Source of the DNA: an uncultured delta proteobacterium
Lineage (GTDB): Bacteria; Myxococcota; Myxococcia; Myxococcales; Myxococcaceae
DNA length: 64,000 nt
Reading direction: 5' to 3'
Assembly (NCBI GenBank): GCA_963776345.1
Contig: CAVZMH010000003.1
Coordinates: forward strand, 64,001-128,000
The notes under the pieces are model-generated. The model was not told the DNA's origin. It searched no databases and saw only the letters and a list, made by a program, of their open reading frames with translations. The position numbers were made by a program, and so were the translations under genes. Below, one piece after another: positions 30,560 to 42,900 of the stretch; position 1 is the stretch's first letter; each line of letters begins with the position of its first letter.

Positions 30560-32049
30560 GTGCCCAGCATCCGACTCGAAGGGGTGACGTTCGCCCACCA
30601 TGACGCATTCCCCGTGCTCGACGGAGTGAGCACGGTGTTCCCCGAGGGCTGGACCGGACTGGTCGGCGAGAACGGGGCAGGGAAGAGCACCTTGCTCCAG
30701 CTCATCGCCGGCGAGCTGCAGCCGCAGCAAGGGCGGATCCGGATCGAGCCCAACGGGGCGGAGGTCGTCCTCTGCCGTCAGGACGTGGAGAACCCGGGGG
30801 CCGACGTGTGCGCGCTGGCCCCGGCGGATGACGGCGCGGCGTGGCGGCTCCGAGGTGAGCTGGACCTCGAGCCGGCAGACCTGGAGCGGTGGGGCAGCCT
30901 GTCGCCGGGGGAACGACGCCGCTGGCAGATCGCCGGTGCGCTGGCCCGGAAGCCGCGGGTGCTGCTTCTCGACGAGCCGACGAACCACCTCGACGCCGAC
31001 GGGCGGGCGCGTGTCCTCGCGGCGCTGGATCGGTATCGTGGCGTCGGGCTGCTGGTCTCGCACGACCGCGCGCTGCTCGAGGTGCTCACCACCCGGACGG
31101 CGCGGCTCCATCGCGGGCGCTGACGCTCACCTCCGGCGACTACGGCGAGGCAAGGGAGACCTGGGAGGCGGAGAAGGAGCGCGCGCGGACGGTGCGTCAG
31201 GCGGCGCAGTCGCGCGAGCGGCGAGCGCGACAGGCCCTGGCGGAGGCCCGTTCGGCGCGTGCGTCAGCCGAGACGCTCGCTCTCGGGCAGCAAACGAGAC
31301 CCGAACGACCCGGATGCACGGGGCATCGGCGCACAGACGCGGCGCGCCTGGGCGGAGGCTCGCCTCGGAGGAGACGTGCGTCGGCTGCGCACCGCCGTCG
31401 AGCGCGCCGCGGCGGCGGTGCCGAATGCTCAGGTCGAGGTCGAGCTCGGGCGCTCGGTCTTCCTCGGCTACACGCCCGCGCCGCAGCTCTGATTCTCACC
31501 CTCGACGAGGCCGAGCTCCGCGCCGGCGCGAGGGTCCTCGCCCGGGACGTGCACGCGGTGCTCCGCCGTGAGGACCGGGTCCGGCTCGCCGGCCCGAACG
31601 GGGCAGGAAAGACGACCTTGCTTCATCCGGTTGCTCGAGGCGAACCCCGGACGGGCCGAGCAGGTCTTCTTCCTCGGCCAGGAGTCGAGCCCAGAGGAGG
31701 CCGCGTCGATTCTCGACCGGGTGCGCGCGCTTCCGGCCGATGCGCGCGGCCGGACCCTCTCGCTGGTCGCCGCTCTGGGCACGGATCCGGACCGGCTCCT
31801 CGCCTCCGGGCCCCGTCCGCCGGAGAGGTCCGGAAGCTGCTCCTCGCCGAGGGTCTCGCCCGGCGACCCTGGGCGGTGGTCCTCGACGAGCCGACGAATC
31901 ACCTCGACCTCCCGACGGTCGAGCGGCTCGCGGCGGCGCTCGCGGCCTACCCCGGGTCGCTCCTCCTCGTGACGCATGACGATGCGCTCGCGGAGGCGTG
32001 CACCACCACCCGGTGGGAGCTGATCGAGGGACGCCTGGTGCTCCGCTGA
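30560..32049 (+). CDS. ABC-F family ATPase (two NBDs, no TM) with about five apparent frameshifts; error-ridden gene or pseudogene
   Basis: GENGAGKST, LSPGE, LDEPTNHLD, SHDR; second NBD GPNGAGKTT, SAGE, LDEPTNHLD, THDD; pieces spread over several frames. Confidence 0.75.
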
Positions 32050-32172
32050 GCGGCACCTCGCGAAGCGCGGGCCGCCGCTGACACGCTCGCCGCTGGGGAG
32101 GCCCGAGTCGGCGGATCGAGGCACCTCCGAAGCGGGGTGCGGCGCGCCGGGCGCCCTCCGCTCGCTCCTGAC

Positions 32173-32629
32173 TCAGCGCGGGAGCCGGCTCGTCCACGCC
32201 CACGCCGTGGTGAAACACGAGGTGCCCACCGAGCCAGCCACCGGCGCCGAGCCCGCCCGCGACGAGCACCAGCGCGGCGACGTGGAGCACCCGTCCGACG
32301 CCGGTCGGTGGCGCTGCGCCCCGGTACACCAGGTCCAGCACCGCGACGCAGGTGACCGAGAGCATCACCGCCAGGTGGGCCGACGCGGTCCGGAACGCCC
32401 GTGGTTTCGCGTCCGCGATCGAGAGGTAATCCACGAACCCGGCCGAGGCGGCGATCACCGCCGCCGCCGTGCCGGCGATCAGCGCCCAGCGGCCCAGCAT
32501 CCAGAGGAGGGGAGAGCCGAGCACCAGCGCCGTTCCATCCAGCGCCACCCAGAGCAGGAGCAGGACCATCGGGAAGTCGCTCAGCGCTGCATGCAGCGGA
32601 TGCCCGCCGACGCGCAGCCCACGCGTCAT
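32173..32629 (-). CDS. DUF2231-like membrane protein (3' end approximate; stop probably lost to an indel)
   Basis: GHPLHAALSDFP...GGWLGGHLVFHHGVGV family signature; ATGA coupling to the upstream gene. Confidence 0.75.
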
Positions 32630-32973
32630 GTGCCGCCCATGGTGGCGACCAGGAGCAGGACGAATCCGGTCACCGCCACCAGCGCATGCACCACCACCAC
32701 CGGGATGGGGAGCGGCTGCTTCCGGAGGTGGATCGACAGCAGGAAGAATCCCCCGAGCGCCGCGATCAGGAACACCACCAGCGCGGTCTTCGCCAGGGAC
32801 GGCGCACCGGCGCCGGCCACCGCGAGGATCAGCACCACCAGTCCGATCGCCGCGGCCGCGCCGTGCACCAGCGCCAGCGGCAGCGGGGGATGGGGGGCGC
32901 CCCGGAAGCGCTGGACGGCCATCGCCAGGCCTCCCAGCGCAGCGAGGGCGAACAGCACGAGTGCGGTCGTCAT
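32626..32973 (-). CDS. Small four-TM membrane protein with duplicated His-containing halves
   Basis: ALGGLAM..ALVHG repeated as ALGGFFL..VVVHA; GGAGG RBS. Confidence 0.7.
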   Translation of the reverse strand: MTTALVLFALAALGGLAMAVQRFRGAPHPPLPLALVHGAAAAIGLVVLILAVAGAGAPSLAKTALVVFLIAALGGFFLLSIHLRKQPLPIPVVVVHALVAVTGFVLLLVATMGGT

Positions 32974-32995
32974 CCGTGGTTCCTCCGGTTCCCTC

Positions 32996-33024
32996 TTGGA
33001 TGCCGGAGAGCCCCAGAGGTGACA
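32996..33024 (-). promoter_or_regulatory. ECF-type promoter TGTCACC-N14-GCATCCAA for the membrane-protein pair
   Basis: Same boxes and spacing as the opposite-strand copy at 33057-33085. Confidence 0.7.
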
Positions 33025-33056
33025 GCGGCGCTAACATTCGTTGGACCCCAGGGCCG

Positions 33057-33085
33057 TGTCACCGTTGCGGACCCGGGGCATCCAA
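33057..33085 (+). promoter_or_regulatory. ECF-type promoter TGTCACC-N14-GCATCCAA upstream of the sigma gene (autoregulation)
   Basis: Same boxes and spacing as the copy at 32996-33024; ends 13 bp before the ATG. Confidence 0.7.
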
Positions 33086-33098
33086 TCCCCGGTTGCCC

Positions 33099-33846
33099 AT
33101 GCCCGAGCCAGTCCTGTCTCCAACCGCCTCCCCCGACGTCCCGGACGAGTCCCTCGTGACGCGCGTCGTCGCCGGTGAGAGCGCGTGCTTCGAGCTGCTG
33201 ATGCGCCGGAACAACGCGCGCCTGTACCGGGCGATTCGCTCGGTGGTTCGCGACGAGGACGCGGCCGAGGAGCTGATGCAGCAGACGTACGTGCTCGCCT
33301 TCAGCAAGCTCCCGCAGTTCTCCGGCGGCGCACGGTTCTCCACCTGGCTCCTGCGGATCGGTCTGAACGAGGCGCTCCAGAGGCTCCGGCGCGACCGCCG
33401 CTGGCCACGCGTGGCGCCGGACGCGCTGGAGGAGGAGCCGGACATGGGACAGGGCAGCGGAGCCAACCCCGAGCAGCGGCTGGCCCGCGCGCAGCTGAAT
33501 CACCTGCTCGAGCAGCTGGTGGACGCGCTCCCCGGAGTCGCACCGGTCGGTCTTCGTCCTGCGGGAGGTCCAGCAGCTCTCCACCGCCGAGGTCGCCGAG
33601 GCGCTCGGGCTCACGCCGGACAACGTGAAGCAGCGCCTCTCGCGCGCCAAGGCCCTGCTCCGCGCCGCGCTGGAGCAGCGCACCGGCGAATCCATCGCCG
33701 AGCTGTACCCGTTCGAGGCGCCGCGCTGCGATCGGGTCGTGGCGGGCGTCCTGGCCCGGCTCCCCGACGGCGGACTGAGGGCCCACTCCCGGAGACGGGA
33801 GGCCCACACCGCCCCACCTCTTCACCCCCGGCGCGGAACCCTGTGA
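33099..33846 (+). CDS. ECF sigma factor with a C-terminal RCD extension (ECF29-like); apparent frameshift near 33530
   Basis: FELLMRRNNARLYR..FSTWLLRI; after the shift VFVLREVQQLSTAEVAEALG..VKQRLSRA..YPFEAPRCDRVV. Confidence 0.8.
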
Positions 33847-33940
33847 TTTTGGTACGCTTCCCCAGGCTCCGCCGGACCGGGCTCGGCAGTGTTGCATCCC
33901 TCCGGTACACCTCAGCCACATCTCCAGGGAGGCCGCGCGT

Positions 33941-36900
33941 TTGGGGACCGGTGCCGATTCCGTCAAGGCGTACTCCGCCGTCCTGCACAAGAAGCCGAAC
34001 GACGCCGAGGCGCTCGCGGCGCTGGAGGCGTTGCTGAAGGACGAGACGGTGCGCGCCGAGGCCGCGCGGGCCCTCATCCCCGCCTACGAGGCGGTCAAGG
34101 AGCACCGGAAGCTGGTCGCCGCGCTCGATCTGGTCGCGGAGATGACCCAGGACCAGCTGGAGCGGGTGCTCGCGCTCCAGCAGGCCGCCCACGTCCACCT
34201 CCACCACCTCCGGCAGCCCGAGCTGGCCTTCGCCGCGCTCTCCCGCGCGCTGCGCCTCTCGCCGGCCGACCCGAACCTCCGCACCGCCGCCCGCCGCGCC
34301 GCCGAGGATGCGGACGCGATGGACGGGTTCGCCAACGTGCTCAAGGAGCTGGTGGGCCGTCCCGACGTCGAGCCGCCCGCGCGCGTCGCGCTCCACCGCG
34401 AGCTGGCGGACGTCCAGGAGAAGAAGCTCGACGACCGCCGCGGCGCCATCGGCCAGCTGGAGGCCGTCCTCGCGCTCGAGCCCGGGAACGGGGACGCGCT
34501 CCGGGCGCTCCAGCGGCTGCTCCGCGCCACGGACGACTGGCACCGGCTGGTCCCGGTTCTGGACACGCTCGCCGGCGTGGTGCCGGACCCGGCGGAGCGG
34601 CTCGCCCTCCTTCGCGAGATGGCCCTGCTCCTCGAGGGCAAGCTCGAGGACCGCGAGGCGGCAGCCGCGGCGTGGCGCCGGGTCTCGGAGGCCGACCCGC
34701 TGAACCGCGAGGCCGTCTCCGCGCTCGACCGGCTCTACACCGCGCTCGGGAAGTTCGAGAACCTGGCCTTCGCCCTCGAGCTCCGCCGGGCCCAGGAGGG
34801 CCAGAGCCCCCAGGGCCGTGAGGCGACCTTCCGGCTCGCCCAGCTCCGACGCGACAAGCTCCAGGACTTCGGCGGCGCGCTCCAGCTCCTCGGGCAGGTG
34901 CTCTCCGAGGACCCGGGGCACACCGCCACCGTGGACCTGCTGGAGGCCTGGGCACGCTCGCACGATCCGGACAGCCGGAGCGCGCTGGAGACGCTCGATC
35001 CGGTCCTGACCCGCTCCGGACAGCACGCGCGCCGGGTGGCGATCCGCGAGGCGCGGATGGCCGACGCGCTCACCGACGAGAAGATCCGTCTCTCCCAGGA
35101 GATCCGCTCCATCCAGGAGCGCGACATGGGCCAGCCGCAGCGGGCCTTCGTCGCCGCCGGCCAGGCCTTCGCCGCCAACGTCGACCGGGCGGGCTCCCGG
35201 GCCGACCTGGAGCGCCTGGCCCGGGTGACCGGGAGCTACGAGGAGCTGGCCGACGTCTACGAGCAGGTGGCCGCGGGCAACCGCGGGGCCGACCCGGACA
35301 AGATCGCCTGCCTCCGCCGCGCCGCCGAGCTGCGCGAGCACCTCGCCCAGAGCGACGAGGCGATCAAGGACTGGCAGGCGCTGCTCGCCGACGCGCCGCA
35401 GGACCGCCAGGCCCTCGACGCGCTGGGGAAGCTCTTCGAGCACACCAAGAACGCCAAGCAGCTCTCGGACGTCACCCTGCGCAAGGCCCAGCTCGCCGCG
35501 GACCCCCACGAGCGGCGCACCCTGCTGCTCAAGGCGGGCGAGGCGCTGGAGGCCGCGGCCGACGACGCCCGCGCCATCGACGCCTACAAGGAGGCGCTGG
35601 CGCTCCGGCGTGGGGCGGACGGGCTCGAGGCGCTGGACCGGCTCTACGCCCGGGGCCGCCGCTTCGAGGAGCAGGCCGACGTCCTGTCCCAGCTCGCCGC
35701 CTCCACCACCGGCGAGGTCCAGAAGGCCCACCTGCTCCGCCGGGCCCAGCTGCTCGAGCGGGAGAAGGAGCTACCCGCGGCGGTGGAGGGCTACGCGCGC
35801 CTCCTCGCCGTCGCGCCCACCGAGCCCAACGCGGTCGCCGGGCTGGAGCGGCTGATGGAGCTCCCCGACGTCCGGCCGGACGCGGCGCGCCTGCTCGAGC
35901 CGGTCTACCGGAGCCTGAACGACGTCCGGCACCTGGTGGAGGTGCTGGAGATCCGCCTCGCGGGCGCCTCGCCGCAGGACCGGCTCCCGCTCCTGGAGGA
36001 GATCGCCAACCTCCGCGAGACGCTGGGAGAGAAGGACCTGGCCTTCGCCGCGCGCGCTCGCAGCTTCAGCGAGGTGCCCGAGAGCCCCGAGGCCCGCGAG
36101 CAGCTGGAGCGGCTGGCGGCCGAGACCGGCGCGTTCGAGGAGCTGGCGGCGGCCTACCAGGACCAGCTCGAGCGCGGGGTCACCAACGCCACCTCCACCG
36201 AGCTCTGGCGCCGGCTGGCCGTCCTCTGGTCCGAGCGGCTCGACCGCATGGACCTCGCGGTGCGCGCCTACGAGGAGCTGGCGCGACGCGAGCCGAGGAA
36301 CGTGGCGGTGCTGGAGTCGCTGGCCCGCATCCACACCCGCGCCGGGGAGGCGCGAGAGCTGGCCGCGGTGATGAAGCGGATGGTGATGGCCGAGCCGTCG
36401 CCGCCGAAGCAGATCGATCTGCTCTTCCGCCTCGGCACGCTGGCCGAGGAGACGCTGTCCGACAAGCAGCTCGCCGCGCAGTGCTACGGGGAGATCCTCG
36501 CCCGGAAGCCGGACGACGAGGACGCGATCAAGTTCCTCGGCAAGGTTCTCACCGAGAGCGAGCGCTGGCCCGAGCTGGCCTCGCTCATCGTCCGGGAGAT
36601 CCAGCTCGCCGACTCCTCCGGCCGCCACGAGGAGATGTACGACCTGATGGTGCGCCTGGGCCGGCTGCGCATCGCGCGGCTCCGGGACCCGCGCGGGGGC
36701 CTGGACATCTTCGAGGACGTGCTCCGGAGGAAGCAGGGACACGCCGGGGCCATCGGCGCGCTGGAGGAGATGGCGCGCTCGGACAGCCCGCTCCGCGGCG
36801 AGGCGGCCGAGGCGCTCGAGCCCATCTTCACCTCCGGCGGCGACCACCTCCGGCTGGTGCAGATGCTCGAGTCGCGCGCCTCGACCGAGCCGGTGGCCGA

Positions 36901-39900
36901 GGAGCGCGCGGCGCTCCTCCGCAAGGTCGCCAAGCTCTACGCCGGGCCGATGCAGAACGGCGACCTGGCCTTCGTCTCCGCGAGCCGGGCGCTCCGCGAG
37001 CTCCCCGACGAGGAGGCCTCGCTCTCGCTGGTGGTCGCGCTCGCCGAGCGGGCCAGCCACGGCGGCGAGGAGCTGGCCTCGCTGCTCGAGGAGATCCTCC
37101 CCCGCGCCTCCGAGGACGCCGCCCGGGTGGCCATCCTCAGGGCGCTGGGCAAGGCGCAGGAGAAGCTCGGGCACCAGGCCGAGGCCATCGACGCCTGGCG
37201 GCGGGTGCTGGAGGTGGCGCCCTCCGACGGCGAGGCGATGGGGTTCCTGGTCCGGCTCTACCAGGCCGCCGGCCGCGCGCCCGAGCTGCTGGAGATCTAC
37301 AAGCGCCAGCTCTCGATCAGCGAGGAGCCGGCGGTCCGCGCCGCGCTGCTCTTCCAGATCGCCGGACTGCAAGACTCGGCGGTGCACGACACCGTCGGCG
37401 CCATGGCCACGCTCCGGCGCCTGCTGGAGCTGAAGCCGGATGACGCCCAGGCGCTGGAGAAGCTCGACGCGCTCTGCGAGAAGCAGGAGCGCTGGCCGGA
37501 GCTGGCGGACGTCATCGGCCGACGGCTGGCGCTGCCCGGCGGGGACCTCGACCTCGACCTCCGGCTGCGGCTGGCGGTGGTCCGCGAGACGCGGCTCCAC
37601 GACAAGATCGGCGCGCTCGAGCTGTACGGGCAGATCCTCTCCGCCCAGCCGAAGCACCCGGGGGCCCTGGCGCAGCTCGAGGCATGGGCGAAGCGGGAGC
37701 CCCAGAACAAGCCGCTGGTGGAGGTGCTCCTCGGCGCGTACCGCGTGACCGGCGAGCAGGCGAAGCTGGCGGGTCTGCTCGAGCTCCGGGTCGGCGCCTC
37801 GCCGGACCCGTTCGAGCGAAGGCAGCTCCTGATCGAGCTCGCCGGCCTGCACGAGGCGGGCCACGATCCCGCCGGTGTCTTCGGGGCCCTCGCCCGCGCC
37901 TTCCAGGAGGACCCGAACGACGCCGCGCTCCGGGCGCGCCTGGGCAAGGCGGCGGACGCCGCGCGGGCCCACGAGGCGCTGGCCCACCTCTACGAGGAGG
38001 AGCTCCCGCGCATCGCCGAGACGAAGGACGCCGCGGCGGCGCTCCTCGAGCTCGGCGGCCTGTACGAGCAGCACCTGTCGAACCCCGCCCGGGCCATCGA
38101 GGTCCTGGAGCGGGCGCGCACGCTCGACGCGGCGACCTCGCTCCCTGCGCTCACCGCGCTCTCCCGTCTCTACGGACAGGCCGGCCGGAGCGATCGCCTG
38201 GTCGAGAGCCTGGACGAGCTGGAGAAGCTCACCCCCGACGGGAACGAGCGGGTGCAGATCCTCTTCCGCCTCGGGCAGGTCGCCCAGGACGAGCTGGAGG
38301 ACGAGCCCCGCGCGGCGGACGCCTTCGAGCGGCTCCTGGCAATCGACAAGACGCACCTCCCGGCGGCCCGGCTGCTCGAGTCCATCTACGAGCGCAGCGG
38401 CACGCCGGACCGGCTGTTCAACGTGCTTCGCATCCAGCGCGACCTGACCTCGGGGCCGGAGCGGGAGCGCATCCTCGCCAAGATGGTGAAGGTCTCCGCC
38501 GAGGGGCTGGCGGACCTCGAGGCCTCCATCGAGCTGTACAGCGAGCTCTTTAAGAAGAACCCCAAGTCGGACCAGGCGTTCGGCGCACTGGAGCAGGCGC
38601 TGGAGAAGGCCGGCCGCTGGGAGGATCTCCGGGCGCTCCTCGCCGGGAAGATCCCCCAGACCGCCGACCCGCGGGAGCTGGTGCGACTGAATGAGAAGCT
38701 GGGCGTGGTGCTCTATCGGCAGCTCGGCCGGGCCGAGGAGGCCATCGCCCCGCTCCGCACCGCGCTGGAGCGCGACGCCCGGAACCGGAACGCGCTGGAG
38801 ACGCTGCGCGACATCGACGAGCAGCTCGGCCGCCGCGAGGAGCTGGTCGCGGTGCTGCGGCGGCTCATCCCGCTCCAGGAGGCTCCGGAGGGGGTGAAGG
38901 CCCTGCGGATCCGGCTCGCCGAGGTGCTGGGGGAGATGAGCCGGCGCGAGGAGGCCCTCGACGCCGCTCGCCGCTCGCTGGAGATCGAGCCCCACACCGT
39001 CGCCGACCTGGACCGGGTGGGGAAGCTGTTCCTCGGGTTGCGGGCCTTCGGCGACGCAGTGCGGGCGCTGGAGCTGAAGGCCGAGGTCTGGCAGCTGCTG
39101 GAGGAGAAGGACGGGGTCATCGCCGCGCTGTTCGAGATCGCCGAGGTGTGGATCGGCCAGGCCGGAAAGCCCGAGCAGGCCGCGCCCATCCTCGAGCGGG
39201 TGCTGGAGTTCGATCCGGCCAACCGCAACGCCTACGAGCGAGTGCTCTCGCTCTACTCGGACGCTGGCGACTGGCGCGCTTACGCGCAGGCCGTGGACCG
39301 GTATCTGCCGAACCTCGTCACCGACGAGGACAAGATCAAGGCGCTGCGCGAGCTGGGCCGCATCCGGGAGCAGAAGCTCGGGCAGAAGGACGGGGCGTTC
39401 CTCGCGCTCTGCCGCGCGCTGCAGCTCGACGCCTCGGACGACTCGCTCCGCGAGGACGTGGAGCGGCTCGCCCAGGAGACCGGCTCGTTCGAGGAGCTGG
39501 CCGCGGTCTACGAGCAGGTGGCGGACGAGCTCCCCAAGGGACCGCTGGCCGAGCGGCTGTACCTCGTGCTCGCCCGGGTGCAGGACCGGAACCTCGACGA
39601 TCCGGGCGAGGCCGAGGCGGCGCTGCGGAAGATTCTCGAGTTCGACCCCACCAACGCCTCGGCGCTGGACGCGATGGCCCAGATGTTCGGCCGCCGCGGG
39701 CGCGACCGCGAGCTGATCGTCTCGCTGGAGCAGAAGCTGGAGGCCGCGCCGTCGATCGAGGCCCGGAAGACGATCCTGCGGGAGGTCGCCCGCATCCACC
39801 TCGAGCGGCTGAAGGACCCGGAGGAGGCGGCGAACGCCCTCATCCGTGCGCTGGAGCTCGAGGCCGACGTGGAGACGCTGGCGGAGCTGGCCAGGCTCTA

Positions 39901-42900
39901 CCGCGAGCAGCACATGTGGGGCGATCTCGCCGCCACCCTCGCCCGCACCCGCGATCTGCTCCCCACCGCCGAGGAGCGGGCGCGGATGCAGGTCCAGGTC
40001 GCCGAGGTCCAGGAGCGGGAGATCGGCGACGAGGAGGCCGCGGTCGAGGCCTACCGCGAGGCCCTGGCGCTCGACCCCCGCAACAAGGAGGCGCTGGAGG
40101 CGCTGGAGCGGCTCTACACCCGGCTCGACCGGCCGGCGGACCTGCTCGCCATCTACGAGCGGCAGCTGGAGCTGACCGAGGACTACCGGGAGAAGGTGAA
40201 GATCCTCTTCCACTCCGCGGCCATCTGGGAGGACCGCTACCAGAACGCGGCCAACGCCGACGCCTGCATCGACGGGGTGCTGGCGCTGGATCCGACCAGC
40301 CTCCAGGCGATCAAGGCGCTGGAGCGGCTGCGGCGCGCGCAGGGACGGTGGGAGGACCTGGTCGGCGTGCTCGAGCGGCACATCCAGCTGGCGACCGACA
40401 CCCAGGAGCAGGCCGACATCATGGTGGAGGCCGGAGAGGTGCTCCGCACGCACCTGCACCAGACCGACAAGGCGGCCGACGCGTTTCAGGCCGCCCTTCA
40501 AGTCTTCCCCGGCCACACCCCGGCGCTCCATGCGCTGGGAACCCTCTACGAGCGGAGCGGCAACTGGCCCTTCGCGCTGGAGATGCTGCATCAGGAGGCC
40601 CAGGAGCTGGGACGCGACCCGCGCGCGGTGGAGGTGCTCCACCGGATGGGGAAGATCAACGAGGACATGCTGCAGGACGTGTCCTCGGCCAAGGCCTGCT
40701 ACGCCGAGGCGCTGCGGATTGACCCCGACTACCTCCCTTCGCTCCAGGCGGTCCGGGGCATCTACGAGAACGAGCAGGACTGGGACAGCTACGAGCAGAC
40801 CCTGGTCGCCGAGGCCCGGGCCACCGACGAGGCCTCGGCCAAGGCCCGCGCCTACCTGGCCATCGCCCGCTACCACAGCGAGCGCCGCGAGGACCCCGAC
40901 TCGGCGATGCACTGGTACGAGGAGGCGATCAAGCTCGACCCGGAGCTGGCCGACGCCGCGCTGCCTCTGTCCGACATCTACCTCGCCCGCGAGCGGTGGG
41001 AGCCCGCCGAGCAGATGCTCGAGGTGGTCATCCGCAGCTTCAAGGGCCGGCTCGCCACCGAGCAGGACGACGCGCTCTCCAAGGACCTCTGCCGGCAGGT
41101 CTACCGGATGGGCTACGTGCAGGAGAAGCTGGGGCGGCGGGACCGCGCGCTCGCCGCTTACGAGGAGGCCTACCAGCTCGACGCCACCTATCTCCCGGCG
41201 CTCGAGGGCTACGGAAATCTCCTGGTCCAGTCCGGCCGGCACGACCAGGCGCTGAAGGTCTTCCAGACCATCCTCATCCACCACCGGGAGGATCTGACCG
41301 ATCTGGAGATCGTCGAGCTGTACTGGCAGATCGGCGAGGTGCACATCGCGCTCAAGCAGCACGATCGGGCGCAGAACCACTTCGAGAAGGCGCTGGCCAT
41401 CGACCCCGGCCACGAGCCGAGCCTCCGGGCGCTGATCCAGCTCGCGGACGGGGCAGGGCGGTGGGACCGCTCGGCCGAGTACCGACAGGCGCTGGTCGGA
41501 GTGCTCGAGGGCGAGCCGAAGGCCGAGGCGGCGCTGGAGCTGGGTCAGCTCGCCCGCGACCGGCTGCGCGACCCGCACACCGCCATCGACGCCTACGCCC
41601 AGGCGCTGCGCATCCGTCCGCAGTCGCTCGAGGTGATGGACGCGCTCTACGTGCTGTACCGGGAGACGCGCCAGCCGGGGAAGGCGGCGGAGGTGCTGGA
41701 GACGATGCTCGGCCAGCCCGAGCTCCAGGCCGACGCCCAGCGCGCCAAGCGGGTGTGGTTCGCGCTCGGGGAGAGCCTGCGGGACGAGCTGCGCGACACC
41801 GGGCGCGCGGTGGAGGCGTTCAACGCCGCGCTGGACCTCGACCCGCAGTTCCTCGAGGCATTCGGCGCCATCGAGGCGATGCTCGGCGCGGCCAAGGAGT
41901 GGAAGCAGCTGGAGGAGAACTACGCCCGGATGATCCAGCGGCTCCCGAAGACCGACGAGACGGAGCCGGCGCGGATGGCGCTGTGGCGGGCGCTCGGTGA
42001 CCTGTACCTCCAGGTCCTCAAGCAGCCCGAGAGCGCCCTCATGGCGTACCAGGTGTCCGCGGCGGGACTCCCGGACGACGCCCCGGTCCAGGAGACCTAC
42101 GCCGAGCTGCTTCTCCAGTCCTCGGGCAACGAGGAGAAGGCGGTGCAGGCGCTGCGGCTGGCGCTGGCCCACACCCAGAATCCGAAGAAGGTGGCGAGCC
42201 AGCTGGCCGAGCTGGCCGCGCGCCGGAAGGACTACGACGGCGCCTGGCTCGCCGCCCAGGTCGTGGCAGGCCTGCTCGGCGATCCGGGGCCCGCGGAGAA
42301 GGAGATCATCAGCAAGCTCGGGCCGTACGCCAAGAAGCGGGAGACGCCTCGGGCCACGCTGAACGACCGGTCGTGGGCCCAGCATCTGCTGCACCCCAGG
42401 GTGCGAACCCCGTTCGCCGAGCTGATGGGGCTGCTCTTCCAGGGGGCCGGCCAGCTCTCCGCGGTCCCGCTGGCGCAGGCGCAGCTCGTCCCGAAGAAGC
42501 ACCGCATCGACGTGGCCACCGCGCAGGAGTACCAGATCCACCACTACCGGGCGGTGGCGCGGCTCCTGGGGCTCGAGGCGGTGGAGCTGTTCTCGCCCTT
42601 CCTCGTCGCCACCCGCGACAAGCTGGCCAAGCGCTCCATGGAGCCGGCGCCGGACCCGCTGCTCGCGGTGGAGATCGTCCACGCCCATCCGGTGTGTCTG
42701 AAGGTCGGCGGGAAGTTCTTCGGCGACCCGCAGGCCAAGGACACCCATGCGCAGCTGGGGCGCACCCTGGCGCTGCTCCGACCGGAGCTGATCTTCGCCT
42801 CGCGGTTCTCGCCCGAGCGACTGGCGGCGGTCTTCCAGGGCGCGGTGCTGCTCGCCGGCTTCCAGATGCGCTGGACCGCCCAGGCCGGGGCGATCGAGGC

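Noticed and set aside
31100..31500. TGA readthrough or programmed frameshifting in the ABC-F gene
   Set aside because: Homology continues in other frames at several points with no slippery site, which fits indels better
35771..42748. 2325-aa minus-strand ORF and many other long overlapping ORFs (for example 7486..10302, 19049..22408, 14690..17461)
   Set aside because: Antisense or off-frame shadows of real genes in high-GC DNA; no motifs, apart from short patches explained by indels
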